From Candidatus Eiseniibacteriota bacterium (GTDB taxonomy: Bacteria; Eisenbacteria; RBG-16-71-46; CAIMUX01; VGJL01): a stretch of 64,000 nucleotides of DNA. The DNA lies in assembly GCA_041946735.1 (NCBI GenBank), contig JBHGAY010000003.1:128001-192000 (forward strand). Direction: 5' to 3'. The notes below the pieces were generated by a model. The model searched no databases and was not told where the DNA came from. It saw only the letters and a program-made list of their open reading frames with translations. The position numbers were made by a program, and so were the translations under genes. Shown here in pieces: positions 30,719 to 41,456 of this stretch (its first letter is position 1; every line of letters starts with the position of its first letter).

Positions 30719-31900
30719 GTGAGAACCAGCCGGAGAGCTCTCGGAGCCCTGCCCCTATTGCGCGTCGCGACGATCCTCGCGCTCGGCGTCTCCGCTTGCA
30801 GCAGCGGAGAAAAGGGACCGCCGAGCGGGGCGCCTCAGGTGAAGGTCGTCGCTGCCACGCAGAAAGACGTGCCGATCAGCAAGGAGTGGGTCGGAGAGGT
30901 GAAAGGCGCGGTCGACATCGAAGTCCGAGCCAATGTCGATGGCTGGCTGCAGGGCATGCACTTCAAAGAGGGCACCGAGGTCGAGAAAGGGACCCTTCTC
31001 TACACGATCGACACCAGCGAGCTGGAGCAGGCCGTGGCCACGGCCAACGCGAAGCTCGCCCAGGCGAAGACGCTCTTCGCCAAGGCGGAGTCCGACCTCA
31101 ACCGGTACCGGCCACTCGCGGCGGCGGGCGCTGTCAGCCAGCGAGACCTCGAATCCGCCCTCGCGGAATACGGGGCTCGGAAGAGCGAGGTCGATGCTGC
31201 GGAAGCTTCGCTGCGATTGTCCGAGATCAACTTCGGATATGCGAGGATCACCGCTCCGATCGATGGCCTGATCGGAATGTCAGCCGCGCGCGTCGGAGAC
31301 TTCGTCGGACGTCCGCCCAATCCTCTCATCCTGAACACCATCTCGCGGATCGACTCGGTGGACGTTCGCTTTTCCATCACGGAGCAGGAGTACCTCGCGC
31401 TTGCCCGAAAGCTTCAAGCCTCGACGGGCGCGGACCGCGGCCGGCCGAGAGATCGTTTCGTCTTCCAGCTGATTCTCGCGGACGGTTCCCGGTACCCCTA
31501 CACGGGAACGGTAAGCACTGCGCAGCGCGAGATCGACCCGGCGACCGGGACTCTCCAGTTCGAGGCGTCCTTCCCCAACCCGGATCGCCTCCTCCGTCCC
31601 GGGCAGTTTGCGCGGATCGTGTCGGTCGTGGACGTCCGCAAGGGAGCGGTCGTCGTTCCGTCGCTGGCGGTCATGGAGCTCCAGGGCCAGTACCTGGTCC
31701 TTACGGTTGGGCCGGACAGCAAGGTGGGTGTGCGGCGGATCGAGGCGGGGCCATCGGCCGGCGCCTTCACCGTGATCGATCGGGGGATCGCGCCAGGCGA
31801 GAAGGTCATCGTCGAAGGCATGCAGAGGGTGCGGCCCGATATGGCCGTCCAGGCGATCGAGGTCCCCCCCGATTCCATCATCGCGAAGGGAAGGCGCTGA
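30719..31900 (+). CDS. RND efflux periplasmic adaptor (AcrA/MexA family)
   Basis: AGGAGGT RBS + GTG; lipobox VSAC; ITAPIDG and LRPGQF motifs. Confidence 0.92.
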   Translation: MRTSRRALGALPLLRVATILALGVSACSSGEKGPPSGAPQVKVVAATQKDVPISKEWVGEVKGAVDIEVRANVDGWLQGMHFKEGTEVEKGTLLYTIDTSELEQAVATANAKLAQAKTLFAKAESDLNRYRPLAAAGAVSQRDLESALAEYGARKSEVDAAEASLRLSEINFGYARITAPIDGLIGMSAARVGDFVGRPPNPLILNTISRIDSVDVRFSITEQEYLALARKLQASTGADRGRPRDRFVFQLILADGSRYPYTGTVSTAQREIDPATGTLQFEASFPNPDRLLRPGQFARIVSVVDVRKGAVVVPSLAVMELQGQYLVLTVGPDSKVGVRRIEAGPSAGAFTVIDRGIAPGEKVIVEGMQRVRPDMAVQAIEVPPDSIIAKGRR

Positions 31901-31903
31901 GCC

Positions 31904-34900
31904 ATGTCGCGATTCTTCATCAATCGCCCGATCGTGGCGATGGTCATCTCGATCGTAATGGTGCTGGTCGGCCTGATCGTCATGAGTCGTCTGCCAATCT
32001 CGCAGTTCCCCGACATCGTGCCCCCGATGATCAACGTCACGACGACCTACGTCGGAGCATCGGCGGTCGACGTCGAGCAGTCGGTAGCCACGCCGCTCGA
32101 ACTCCAGGTCAACGGCGTGGAGAACATGATCTACATGAAGTCGATCAACGGGAGCGATGGGACGCTCACACTGCAGGTGTCCTTCGACATCGGCTCCGAT
32201 CTCGACATCTCCAACATGCTGACGCAGAACCGCGTCACCCAAGCTCAGGCCGCCTTGCCCTCGGCCGTGAAGAACTACGGCGTGACGACGAAGAAGTCCC
32301 TCGTGTTTCCCCTCCTCCTCGTCACCTTGAGCTCACCTGACGAGACCTGGAACAACACCTTCCTCAGCAACTACGCGGCGATCAACGTCAACGACCGCCT
32401 GAGCCGAATCCGGGGAGTCGGGGATGTCAAGCTGTTCGGCGGTAGCGACTACGCCATGAGGATCTGGATCAAGCCGGGCATGCTCGCGAAGCTCGGGCTG
32501 ACCGTCCCGGACATCGTGCGCGCCGCCCAGGAGCAGAACGTCATCAGTCCCGCCGGGCAAATCGGGGCGCCCCCGGCCCCGGAAGGAACCGATTTTACCT
32601 ATACGGTTCGGACGCAAGGACGCTTGCTCAACGAGGAGGAGTTCGGCCGGATCGTCCTTCGCACGAACCCGGACGGTTCCCAGGTCCGCCTGCGCGACGT
32701 CGCCCGCATCGAGCTCGGATCGCTTCTGTACAACCAGGTTGGACGGAACAACGGAAAGCCGGCCGCGGTCATCGGCGTCTATCAGCTCCCCGGCTCGAAT
32801 GCGCTCGCAGTCGCTGACGAGGTCAAGAAGACCATGCAGGAGCTTTCCGAGCGGTTTCCGCCCGACATGGCGCAGGAGGTGACGCTCGACACGACCTTGG
32901 CCGTGAAGGAGGGCATCAACGAGATCGTCCACACCCTCTTCGAAGCCGTGCTCCTCGTGCTTCTGGTGGTCTTCGTATTTCTCCAGAACTGGCGGGCCAC
33001 CCTGATCCCGTTGATTACGGTTCCCGTCTCCCTGATCGCGACCTTCATCGTCTTTCCGCTCCTCGGGTTCTCCATCAATACCCTGTCACTGCTCGGGATG
33101 GTCCTCGCCATCGGGATCGTCGTCGACGATGCGATCGTCGTCGTCGAGGCCGTGATGCACCATATCGAGGAGGGACTCCCACCCAAACAGGCGACGCTGA
33201 AAGCGATGGAAGAGGTGTCCGGGCCGGTCGTCGCCATCGCCCTGATCCTGGCTGCCGTGTTCGTCCCTGTCGGGTTCATCGGAGGAATCACCGGGCGTCT
33301 CTACCAGCAGTTCGCGATCACCATCGCGATCTCCGTCCTCTTCTCCGCGTTCAACGCCCTTACCCTGAGCCCGGCACTGGCCGCGAAGCTGCTCCGACCC
33401 CAGGGTAGCGGCAAGCGCTCTCCCCTCCAGGGCTTCTACAACTGGTTCAACAAGGGATTCGGGAAATTCACCGGCGGGTACCTGTCCTTCACCGGCATTC
33501 TCGTTCGCAAGCTCGCCCGCGGGACGGTGTTCGTAGCCGTTCTCATCGTGGTCACCGTCCTGCTCCTCAAGCATGTTCCGACCGGCTTCGTCCCGGAGGA
33601 GGACAACGGCTACTTCATGATCAACGTCCAGCTTCCGGACGCGGCATCGCTCGCGCGCACCGACGCGGTCTGCCGGAAGATCGAAACGATTCTCTCGAGG
33701 ACGAAAGGAGTCGGCAACTACACGACGGTCGCCGGGTACAGCATCAGCTCCCAGTCCGCCAGCTCGAACGTCGGGACCTTCTTCGTGTCGCTTCAGCCTT
33801 GGGAGGAGAGAACGGCGACTGAGGAGCGATCGTTCGAGCTGATCGCAGCCCTCAACCAGGAGTTCGCTCGCGACATCCCGGAGGCGTTCATCTACGCCTT
33901 TGGGCCGCCCGCGATTCAAGGTCTCGGCACCGGCGCCGGCTTCACCTTTCTCCTCCAGGATCAGTCCGGCAGCACTCCTCAGGACCTCGCAGCGATGACC
34001 GACAAGTTCCTGGCCGCCGCTCGCAAGCGCCCCGAGATCGGGAGGATCGCCAGCTTCTTCCGCGCAAACGTTCCACAGATCTACGCGGAGGTGGATCGCG
34101 ACAAGGTGCTGAAGCAAGGAGCCAGCATTTCGGACGTCAACACCACCATGGGGGCTCTCCTAGGCGGCAGCTACATCAATGACTTCAACCGATTCGGCCG
34201 CGTCTACAAGGTCTACCTCGCCGCCGAAGGGGAGTACCGGAACGAGACGTGGGATCTCGGCGAGTTCTTCGTGCGCAACAAGAACGGCACGATGGTGCCT
34301 CTCAGCACTCTCGTTACGACGAAGGCGATCTCCGGCCCTCAGTACACGAACCGCTTCAACCTTTACCGGTCCGCCGAGCTGACCGGCGTTCCGGCCCCGG
34401 GATACAGCTCGGATCAAACCCTCAAGGCGCTGGAGGAGGTGGCGGCGGAGGTCTTGCCGTCTGGATGGGGCTACGACTGGTCGAACATGTCCTATCAGGA
34501 GAAGGAAGCGGCCGGAAAGACGACCGTCGTCTTCGTCCTTGCTCTCCTCTTCGTCTTCTTGTTGCTCGCGGCGCAGTACGAAAGCTGGGCGCTGCCGCTC
34601 AGCGTTCTTCTCGGCACTCCGTTCGCGATCTTCGGAGCTTTGCTGGGCCTCACGCTCTGCCGTCTGTTCAGTCCCGCGTATGTCGACAACATCTTCGCGC
34701 AGATCGGGTTCGTCACGCTGATCGGGCTCGCGGCCAAGAACTCGATTCTTATCGTGGAATTCGCAAAGATGCAGAAGGAGAAGGGCCAGCCGGTGATCGA
34801 AGCCGCGCTCGCCTCAGCAAGGCTGCGCCTCCGCCCGATCCTGATGACATCCTTCGCTTTCATCCTCGGTGTCGTGCCTCTCGTGAGGGCGGCTGGCGCG

Positions 34901-35089
34901 GGCGCGGAGGCGAGGAAAGTGATGGGCATGACCGTCTTCTCCGGCCTGCTCGTCGCGACGAGTCTCGGTATCTTCCTGATACCGACGTTGTTCGTTCTGG
35001 TCCAGAAGGTCTTCGTTCGTGAGAAGGCCGCGCCCCTGCCTTCGGGTCTTGGTGATCTCGCAATGTCCACGGAGAAAGGGGCGCAATGA
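31904..35089 (+). CDS. RND efflux permease (HAE1, AcrB family)
   Basis: MSRFFINRPI, GIVVDDAIVVVE, GLAAKNSILIVEFA, RLRPILMTS. Confidence 0.96.
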   Translation: MSRFFINRPIVAMVISIVMVLVGLIVMSRLPISQFPDIVPPMINVTTTYVGASAVDVEQSVATPLELQVNGVENMIYMKSINGSDGTLTLQVSFDIGSDLDISNMLTQNRVTQAQAALPSAVKNYGVTTKKSLVFPLLLVTLSSPDETWNNTFLSNYAAINVNDRLSRIRGVGDVKLFGGSDYAMRIWIKPGMLAKLGLTVPDIVRAAQEQNVISPAGQIGAPPAPEGTDFTYTVRTQGRLLNEEEFGRIVLRTNPDGSQVRLRDVARIELGSLLYNQVGRNNGKPAAVIGVYQLPGSNALAVADEVKKTMQELSERFPPDMAQEVTLDTTLAVKEGINEIVHTLFEAVLLVLLVVFVFLQNWRATLIPLITVPVSLIATFIVFPLLGFSINTLSLLGMVLAIGIVVDDAIVVVEAVMHHIEEGLPPKQATLKAMEEVSGPVVAIALILAAVFVPVGFIGGITGRLYQQFAITIAISVLFSAFNALTLSPALAAKLLRPQGSGKRSPLQGFYNWFNKGFGKFTGGYLSFTGILVRKLARGTVFVAVLIVVTVLLLKHVPTGFVPEEDNGYFMINVQLPDAASLARTDAVCRKIETILSRTKGVGNYTTVAGYSISSQSASSNVGTFFVSLQPWEERTATEERSFELIAALNQEFARDIPEAFIYAFGPPAIQGLGTGAGFTFLLQDQSGSTPQDLAAMTDKFLAAARKRPEIGRIASFFRANVPQIYAEVDRDKVLKQGASISDVNTTMGALLGGSYINDFNRFGRVYKVYLAAEGEYRNETWDLGEFFVRNKNGTMVPLSTLVTTKAISGPQYTNRFNLYRSAELTGVPAPGYSSDQTLKALEEVAAEVLPSGWGYDWSNMSYQEKEAAGKTTVVFVLALLFVFLLLAAQYESWALPLSVLLGTPFAIFGALLGLTLCRLFSPAYVDNIFAQIGFVTLIGLAAKNSILIVEFAKMQKEKGQPVIEAALASARLRLRPILMTSFAFILGVVPLVRAAGAGAEARKVMGMTVFSGLLVATSLGIFLIPTLFVLVQKVFVREKAAPLPSGLGDLAMSTEKGAQ

Positions 35090-36552
35090 TGCTCAGGCTT
35101 CTTCCTCCTTTCCTCATCGTCGCGATTCTGGTCGTCGGGATCATGGCGGGATGCGCGATCGGTCCGGCCTACCACCGCCCAGCGCTCGAAGCGCCCGGCT
35201 CCTGGCCGCACGCCGACAGCACCTTCTACGCGGACACCACGACCGTCCGGTCGGAGATCTCCTGGTGGCGTTCCTTCGGCGACAGTGTTCTCGCGCAACT
35301 GATCGAGACCGGGCTGCAGGAGAACACCGACGTCAGGATCGCGGCAGCGAAAGTCGAAGAGCTGATGGGACGCTATGGAGTCGCCAAGTCGGACTTCTAC
35401 CCGAGACCGGTCCTCACCGGGTCCGTCGCCCGGCAGCAGCTGATTCCCGGCGAGTTGAGCCGAGGGGAGCCGGAGGCCAGAGATCACTTCGAGGTTGACC
35501 TCGGCGCCACTTGGGAGATCGATCTCTGGGGCCGGTTGCGTCGTGCCAGTGAAGCCGCGCGCGCCGATCTTCTCGCCTCGGAGGAAGCCCGCCGTGGAGT
35601 CGTCCTCACGACCGTCGCCCTGATTGCGAGCTCGTACATCGATCTTCTGGCGCTCGACGCGCAGCTCGCGATCGCCAGGGAGACCGTCGAGGGACGGCGC
35701 TCGGCCCTCGACCTGTTTGAGATGCGGCGAGAGAGGGGGGATCTGTCCGACCTCGTATTCAGCCAGGCGGAATCGGAGTACTGGCTCGCCGCTTCACAGA
35801 TTCCGCTGATCGAGAAGAACATCGTCTTCGTCGAGAACCGGATCAACTACCTGCTCGGCCGGAACCCCGGACCTGTCGCACGAGGAATGCTCCTGGATGA
35901 TCTCCGGTTGCCGGAGGTTTCTGCCGGTTTGGCCTCAGACTTACTGGACCGGCGGCCCGATGTCCGTTTCGCCGAAGAGCAGTTGCGGGGCGCCAACGCC
36001 CGGATCGGGGTGGCGAAATCCCTCTACTTCCCGACGATCTCGCTCTCCGGCTTCCTCGGATATGCGAGCGACGAGCTTTCTTCGCTGTTCAGCGACGATA
36101 CGAAGACCTGGAGCATTGGCGCGGACGCATACCAGCTCGTATTCCCTTTCCTCGAGGTCGGCGGGCAGGTGAAGGCGGCCGAGGGCCTTCACGAGCAGGC
36201 TCTCTACAGCTATGTCCAGACGGTGCGGAACGCATTTCGTGAGACGGAGAACGCTCTTGTCGACCGGGGCCGCACCGGGGCCCAGGCACGTGCGGAAGCG
36301 AGCCGCGTCGCGGCGCTGGCGACGTACGTGCGCCTTGCGCGAATGCGGTACGACGAAGGCGTGACGAGCTACCTCGAGGTTCTCGACGCCGAACGCGCCC
36401 TCTTCGCCACGGAGCTCGACTACACTCAGACCAAAGCGGAGATGTACAAGAGCGTCGTAGCGATTTACGAGGCGTTGGCGGGAAGCTGGCTGGATGAAGC
36501 GGCAGCGGCGTCGTTCCGGATCGAGGAGGACATCGCCCCCCGGGATCGATGA
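35086..36552 (+). CDS. Outer-membrane efflux lipoprotein (OprM/NodT family)
   Basis: Lipobox MAGC; WEIDLWGRLR, LLDRRPDV, YLEVLDAER. Confidence 0.94.
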   Translation: MMLRLLPPFLIVAILVVGIMAGCAIGPAYHRPALEAPGSWPHADSTFYADTTTVRSEISWWRSFGDSVLAQLIETGLQENTDVRIAAAKVEELMGRYGVAKSDFYPRPVLTGSVARQQLIPGELSRGEPEARDHFEVDLGATWEIDLWGRLRRASEAARADLLASEEARRGVVLTTVALIASSYIDLLALDAQLAIARETVEGRRSALDLFEMRRERGDLSDLVFSQAESEYWLAASQIPLIEKNIVFVENRINYLLGRNPGPVARGMLLDDLRLPEVSAGLASDLLDRRPDVRFAEEQLRGANARIGVAKSLYFPTISLSGFLGYASDELSSLFSDDTKTWSIGADAYQLVFPFLEVGGQVKAAEGLHEQALYSYVQTVRNAFRETENALVDRGRTGAQARAEASRVAALATYVRLARMRYDEGVTSYLEVLDAERALFATELDYTQTKAEMYKSVVAIYEALAGSWLDEAAAASFRIEEDIAPRDR

Positions 36553-36800
36553 GCCAAGAGTCGTCGCGGCGCTCTTGCCAGGCGCGAGGCAGAACCACCC
36601 AGAACCGGCCTCGCTCTCGCCGACGGAGAAGCTCCTTCGATTCGCCCCTCCACGGAGCCGCTCTGCGAGCCCCCAAAGAAACCCTGGCGGCTTCCGGCCG
36701 CTCTTTTCGTACTGAGACTGTCCATCCCGCGAGGCGCCGCCCTGCAGGAGTCCCGCGGGCATCTCCCCTGGTTCTGGGATCGGCCGCCGAAGGAGTTCGC

Positions 36801-37553
36801 ATGCACGTTCGCTGGATCGTCCTCCCGGTGGCCACTCTCGCTCTGTTCCTCCAGGCCGCCCCGAGCGTGGCGGAAATCGATCCCTCCAGGTTCCGGCAAG
36901 GGTCACTCTCCGGGGTGACCGACGGCCTCCACACCATCTTCACGGTGCCCCAAGGACAAACCTTCGTGCTCACGGACCTAACGTTCGACGCCAACCCGGG
37001 ATCGAACGAAAACTTGCACATCATGCTGCAGCTGAAGCGGGCGGGCGAAGTCTCCTGGAATGCGACCAGCGACATCTACACGCCTCAGGGCCAAGCGCAT
37101 CAGCTGATGCCGGTAGAGGCGCACTGGATTACCGGTCTCGCCTGGGGCCCGGGGGAGCCCGTGGCATTGGGCGTCAACGCGCTCGACCACGATTGGATCT
37201 GCTCCTGGTCCGGGTACCTCGTGCCGACGTCGCTCTCCGCCTTGGAAGACTCCGGGCCCGACGTCCCGAACGCGCGGGAATCGCTTGTTCGCCTACGGGC
37301 GAATCCCTTCCGCGCGAGTACCGAGATCGAGTTTCACATTCCGCGGTCCGGCAAGATCGCGCTGCGCCTCTATGGTCCCGATGGACGTCTCGTCCGCAGA
37401 CTCGTGGAGGAGGACGCCCAACCGGGCCAAAGGTCGATTGCATGGAACGGAGAGGACGACAAGGGCCGGGACCTGGCGTCCGGAACCTACTTCTACGAGT
37501 TCGCGCTGGACGGAGACACCATCGATTCCGGCAAGGCGGTCCTTCTGAGATAG
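36801..37553 (+). CDS. Secreted protein with FlgD-Ig CTD
   Basis: AAGGAG RBS; signal peptide; TVPQGQTFVLTD; ANPF..WNGEDDKGRDLASGTYFY. Confidence 0.82.
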   Translation: MHVRWIVLPVATLALFLQAAPSVAEIDPSRFRQGSLSGVTDGLHTIFTVPQGQTFVLTDLTFDANPGSNENLHIMLQLKRAGEVSWNATSDIYTPQGQAHQLMPVEAHWITGLAWGPGEPVALGVNALDHDWICSWSGYLVPTSLSALEDSGPDVPNARESLVRLRANPFRASTEIEFHIPRSGKIALRLYGPDGRLVRRLVEEDAQPGQRSIAWNGEDDKGRDLASGTYFYEFALDGDTIDSGKAVLLR

Positions 37554-37782
37554 CTCGGCTTGCTGAGGATGGCCGGCTCGATCGCCACTTGGATGGTCGA
37601 ATGCGAAGCCTCCACCCATGGGCATTTCTGCTACCATTCCCTGCGCCTGGGAGACAGCCGGTCGGCGTGAGGCCGCAAACCCGCGGTGGAACGAGCAGCT
37701 CCCAAGCCCAGCTTGTCCTTCTCGCCGGCCGCCGGCGCTAGGAACGCCACACTCCCTGGCGTACGAGAGGAGGATTCGAGCC

Positions 37783-38508
37783 ATGTTTCTCGCATGCGCA
37801 ACCGCACGCCTCCTGATCCCGTGCCTCGCTCTTCTCCTGGCAACGTATGCAAACGCAGAAGTGTTCCTCGAGAACTTCGACGACGATGCGATCGATCCGG
37901 CTCTCTGGACTGCCGTCGTCTATGGGAACGGTCCTCAGATCGCAGAGACGAATCATCAGCTCGAGATCTCAGTGCCCGGTTGGTCCTACGGACAGGACTT
38001 CGGTGCCAAGCTGTCTACGCGCTTCCTCTTTCACGGCGACTTCGACGTGCAGGTCGACTTTCGCCTTCTGGTCTGGCCCTTCGGCAACGGAGTCCGGACC
38101 GCGCTCGGCCTCGATCATGGCTATCTCTTTCCGCCCGGGGTCGAGCGGATCAGCTTCGGGCAGGACGACTATCCGTGGGAGCCGCGGGAGTCGTATCTCA
38201 CCGATCTGGACGGCACCGTCTGCGGGGTCACGGCGACCGACGACATGACAGGCACGCTGCGGCTGGTCCGGGCTGGCGCCGAGCAGACCGGCTACTACCG
38301 GTCCGGCGGTTGGGTCGAGATCTGCGCAGCGCCTGCGCCGACCGGAGACATGCCTGTTCAGATCTCGGTATTCACTGCGTACCAGTTCATGGGCTGGGAC
38401 GTGAGCATGGCCTTCGACAACTTCCAGGTAAACAGCGGCGAACTGGTGGACTTCCCCGTGGCGACGCTGGCAACGACTTGGGGCGCTGTTCGGGGGCTGT
38501 ACCGGTAG
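37783..38508 (+). CDS. Secreted ConA/jelly-roll-like protein with C-terminal WG..R motif
   Basis: GAGGAGG RBS; signal peptide; ENFDD..GDFDVQVDF..FDNF; ends PVATLATTWGAVRGLYR. Confidence 0.82.
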   Translation: MFLACATARLLIPCLALLLATYANAEVFLENFDDDAIDPALWTAVVYGNGPQIAETNHQLEISVPGWSYGQDFGAKLSTRFLFHGDFDVQVDFRLLVWPFGNGVRTALGLDHGYLFPPGVERISFGQDDYPWEPRESYLTDLDGTVCGVTATDDMTGTLRLVRAGAEQTGYYRSGGWVEICAAPAPTGDMPVQISVFTAYQFMGWDVSMAFDNFQVNSGELVDFPVATLATTWGAVRGLYR

Positions 38509-38688
38509 CGGGCGCGGCGCGGCGTGCTTCCAACCCGCTCCGCCCATCCTTCGCGCACCGCCGCTGACACACCGCGCTGGCGCGTACGCGAGGCGCACCG
38601 GACGATGCTGCCCGCCCCCGGGGTGAGGGCGGGCCGCACGTCACAGAGCGGCGGAGTCAGCGGAGCGGTTCGCGCACCCGCCCGCCAC

Positions 38689-40953
38689 TCACCGCACGAT
38701 CACTAGACGCGCTACTTCGGTCCTGTCCGGACCGGACACCCGGAGGAAGTAGGCTCCCGCAGCCACCGGACGGCAGCGATCGTCACGGCCATCCCAGAGG
38801 AAGCGGTGGTCGCCAGCTCGAAGAACCGTCGAGGACAGCTCACGGACGCGGCGGCCTGCTACATCGTGCACTGTTACGAGGACGTTGCCATCGATCATCG
38901 TATGGAAGCGGAGGAGCGTCTCACTCGTTCCTGGATTCGGAGATAGCGTCAGCCTGGCAGCGGAGGAGCCCCTGTTCTCCTCGAAGGAAACCGCTGAAGA
39001 TGCGTCGCACTGAACGGGCAGGATGGAGAGGCCGGCATCGCCATCGGCGACGTAGGCGTAGCCGGCCGCGACCACCACGCCGTTCGTCGATTGAGGCCTG
39101 TCGATCCCCCCGACGATCCGCAGATCCGTAGGATCGGTCACGTCGATGACCTGGAGACCGCAGGAGGCGTCGGCGACGTAGGCGCAAGCACCCGAGACGG
39201 CCACGCCTCGAGCCCCTCCGGGCGTCGGCGCGCTTCCTAGAATCTGGGGAGTGAAGGGAGTCGTGACGTTGATCACCTGCAGGCCTCCGGTGGCATCCGC
39301 GACGTAGGCTCTTCCCTCAGCGACCTCCACGTCTTGTGCCGCCCCGGGGGTGTCCGCGCTGCCGATGACGTGCGGGCTCGAGGGATCCGAGATATCGACG
39401 ACCAGCAGACCGTAAGAAGAATCGGCAATGTAAGCGTGGCCGTTCTCGACCGCCACACCAAGCGCAAGGCCCGGCGTGTCGACGCTCCCCACGATCTGGA
39501 GGTCCGCGAGATCCGCGAGATCGATCACCTGAAGGCCGGCATCGCCGTCCGCAACGTAGGCATAGGTGCCGGCGATGGCGACATCCTGTGCAGTCCCCGG
39601 CGTATTGACGGTCCCAACCAGAGCGGGCAGATACGGATCGCCGACATCGATCACCTGCAGGCCGTAACTATCGTCCGCCAGATATGCATGGCTCCCCGAG
39701 ATGTCGACGTTCCAGGAGAGTCCTGGAGTATCGTAGCCGCCCACCAACTGGGGATCTTCGGGGTTCGACACGTCGATCATCTTGAGACCTCGGGTCTCGT
39801 CGGCGACATACGCCACCATGCCGGAAACGCTCACACCACAAGCCCGACCGGGTGTGTCCCGGACGCCGAGGACCTGCGGGATGGCCGGGGGGACGATGTC
39901 GAGGATCTGCAGGCCGTAGTACTCGTTAGCAATCAGGGCGTATTCGCCCGAAACCGTCACGCCGTATGCGTCCCCCAGAGCATCTACGCTTCCGAGGATC
40001 GCGGGACTCATCGGGTCGGTGACATCGATCACTTGGGCGCCCGAGATGCCATCCGCGACGATCACCGTGTTTCCAGATACATCCACGCCGGTGGCCACGC
40101 CCGGCGTGTCCACGCTGCCAAGGATCTGAGGGTTCGTGGGATCTGTAATGTCGGCCACTTCCAGGCCGCGATTATCGTCGGCGAGGTAGGCGTAGGTTCC
40201 CGAAACGGCCACGCTCTGAACCACTCCCGGTGTGTCCAAGCTGCCGACGATCTGCGGATCCGAAGGATCCGAGATGTCAACGACCTGAAGTCCGGATGCC
40301 GTGTCTGAGACATAGGCGTAGTCGCCGGCCACAACGACGTCCCACGCTCGGGACGGTGTGTCGACGCTGCCCAGGATCTGGGGATCAGTCGGGGTCGAGA
40401 TGTCGATGACCTTGAGCCCTGCCGCATCGTCCGCGACGTAGGCGTAGTTGCCGCGGACGGCTACCGCGTACGCCTTCGATGTGGGAACGTGCGAGACGAT
40501 ATGAGGGCTCGCAGGATTCGTTACGTCGATCACCTGGAGACCTTGAGTTTCGTCCGCGAGATAGGCGTAGTTGCCCGACGCCGCGACTCCCAGGCCGTAG
40601 CCCGGCGTGTTCACGCTACCCACGATATGGGGGTCTCGGCGATTCGAGATGTCGATCACCTCAAGGCCGAAGCTGTCATCGGCCACGTAGGCGTAGTCGC
40701 CAGATATGGCGACCCGCCAGGACTTCCCCGGGGTATCCACGCCGCCGCACCAATGCACGTAGTCGCCGTAATCGATGCAGTCCGCGACGGCAACCCCGGC
40801 GCTACCGAGCCCGCCGCTGCTCACGGCGATGACGATCGCTACGAGCGCCATGCGCCCATGCCTTCCCCGGGCTGTACCGCTTTGCGCACTACGAAGACCA
40901 GAGCGCGAATACCACGTTCGGATAAGCTCGTTCATCTTCCTAGCCTCCTGCAT
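38689..40953 (-). CDS. LVIVD-repeat beta-propeller protein with FlgD-Ig CTD
   Basis: About 14 repeats of DTPG.A..V.VSG.YAYVAD...GLQVIDVS.P..P; C-terminal SPNP..HDVAGRRVR..WDGRD. Confidence 0.92.
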   Translation of the reverse strand: MQEARKMNELIRTWYSRSGLRSAQSGTARGRHGRMALVAIVIAVSSGGLGSAGVAVADCIDYGDYVHWCGGVDTPGKSWRVAISGDYAYVADDSFGLEVIDISNRRDPHIVGSVNTPGYGLGVAASGNYAYLADETQGLQVIDVTNPASPHIVSHVPTSKAYAVAVRGNYAYVADDAAGLKVIDISTPTDPQILGSVDTPSRAWDVVVAGDYAYVSDTASGLQVVDISDPSDPQIVGSLDTPGVVQSVAVSGTYAYLADDNRGLEVADITDPTNPQILGSVDTPGVATGVDVSGNTVIVADGISGAQVIDVTDPMSPAILGSVDALGDAYGVTVSGEYALIANEYYGLQILDIVPPAIPQVLGVRDTPGRACGVSVSGMVAYVADETRGLKMIDVSNPEDPQLVGGYDTPGLSWNVDISGSHAYLADDSYGLQVIDVGDPYLPALVGTVNTPGTAQDVAIAGTYAYVADGDAGLQVIDLADLADLQIVGSVDTPGLALGVAVENGHAYIADSSYGLLVVDISDPSSPHVIGSADTPGAAQDVEVAEGRAYVADATGGLQVINVTTPFTPQILGSAPTPGGARGVAVSGACAYVADASCGLQVIDVTDPTDLRIVGGIDRPQSTNGVVVAAGYAYVADGDAGLSILPVQCDASSAVSFEENRGSSAARLTLSPNPGTSETLLRFHTMIDGNVLVTVHDVAGRRVRELSSTVLRAGDHRFLWDGRDDRCRPVAAGAYFLRVSGPDRTEVARLVIVR

Positions 40954-41456
40954 CCTCGGACACTTCGAGACCGTGGAAAGCTGAAGCTGAGCGCGGGCAC
41001 GACTCGGGGCTCGGTCCTTATTCCCTCACCAGATCGCCTGAAGTCCGGAGACCGGATGGCCCTAGTCGAGGGCCGCGCCGTTAGGCCGTTCAGGAATCCC
41101 AGGCATGACGCAACAGAGACGAGACAAGGGCCAGGACGGCGCCAAGTAGACTAGCACCAGGTGGCGCCGGGATCCAGAGTGAGATTGTGATGGTGATGCA
41201 TCGGGTCATTTGTGACACGTTCTGCGAGGCGAGGGAATCCAGGCCGTGGCCGATCGACCAGGAACTGCTTTTTGGGAGGTGGGCAGTGTCCGGCTCTGCT
41301 TTGCGGGCGGAGTTCCCCCAGCGGCGCACTTAGAACCGGCCATGGACCGGACGAAAGGGGAAACCGGAGACGCCGCCGCCTCGGATCGGAATCTCCGGGG
41401 CGGCGGCGTCAGTAGGTTGGCCGCCAGGTCATGGACGCGGCGCGCGGCCGCGCGAG

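Noticed and set aside
38990..40760. Periodic DNA similarity suggesting a repeat array or CRISPR (also 22800-25300)
   Set aside because: Explained by degenerate LVIVD and FG-GAP protein repeats; no identical repeats with unique spacers and no cas genes.
40954..41456. Long intergenic regions as possible ncRNA or riboswitch (also 28941-29437, 30113-30718, 48211-48568)
   Set aside because: No recognisable tRNA, riboswitch or ribozyme consensus by eye; an Rfam/Infernal scan would be needed.
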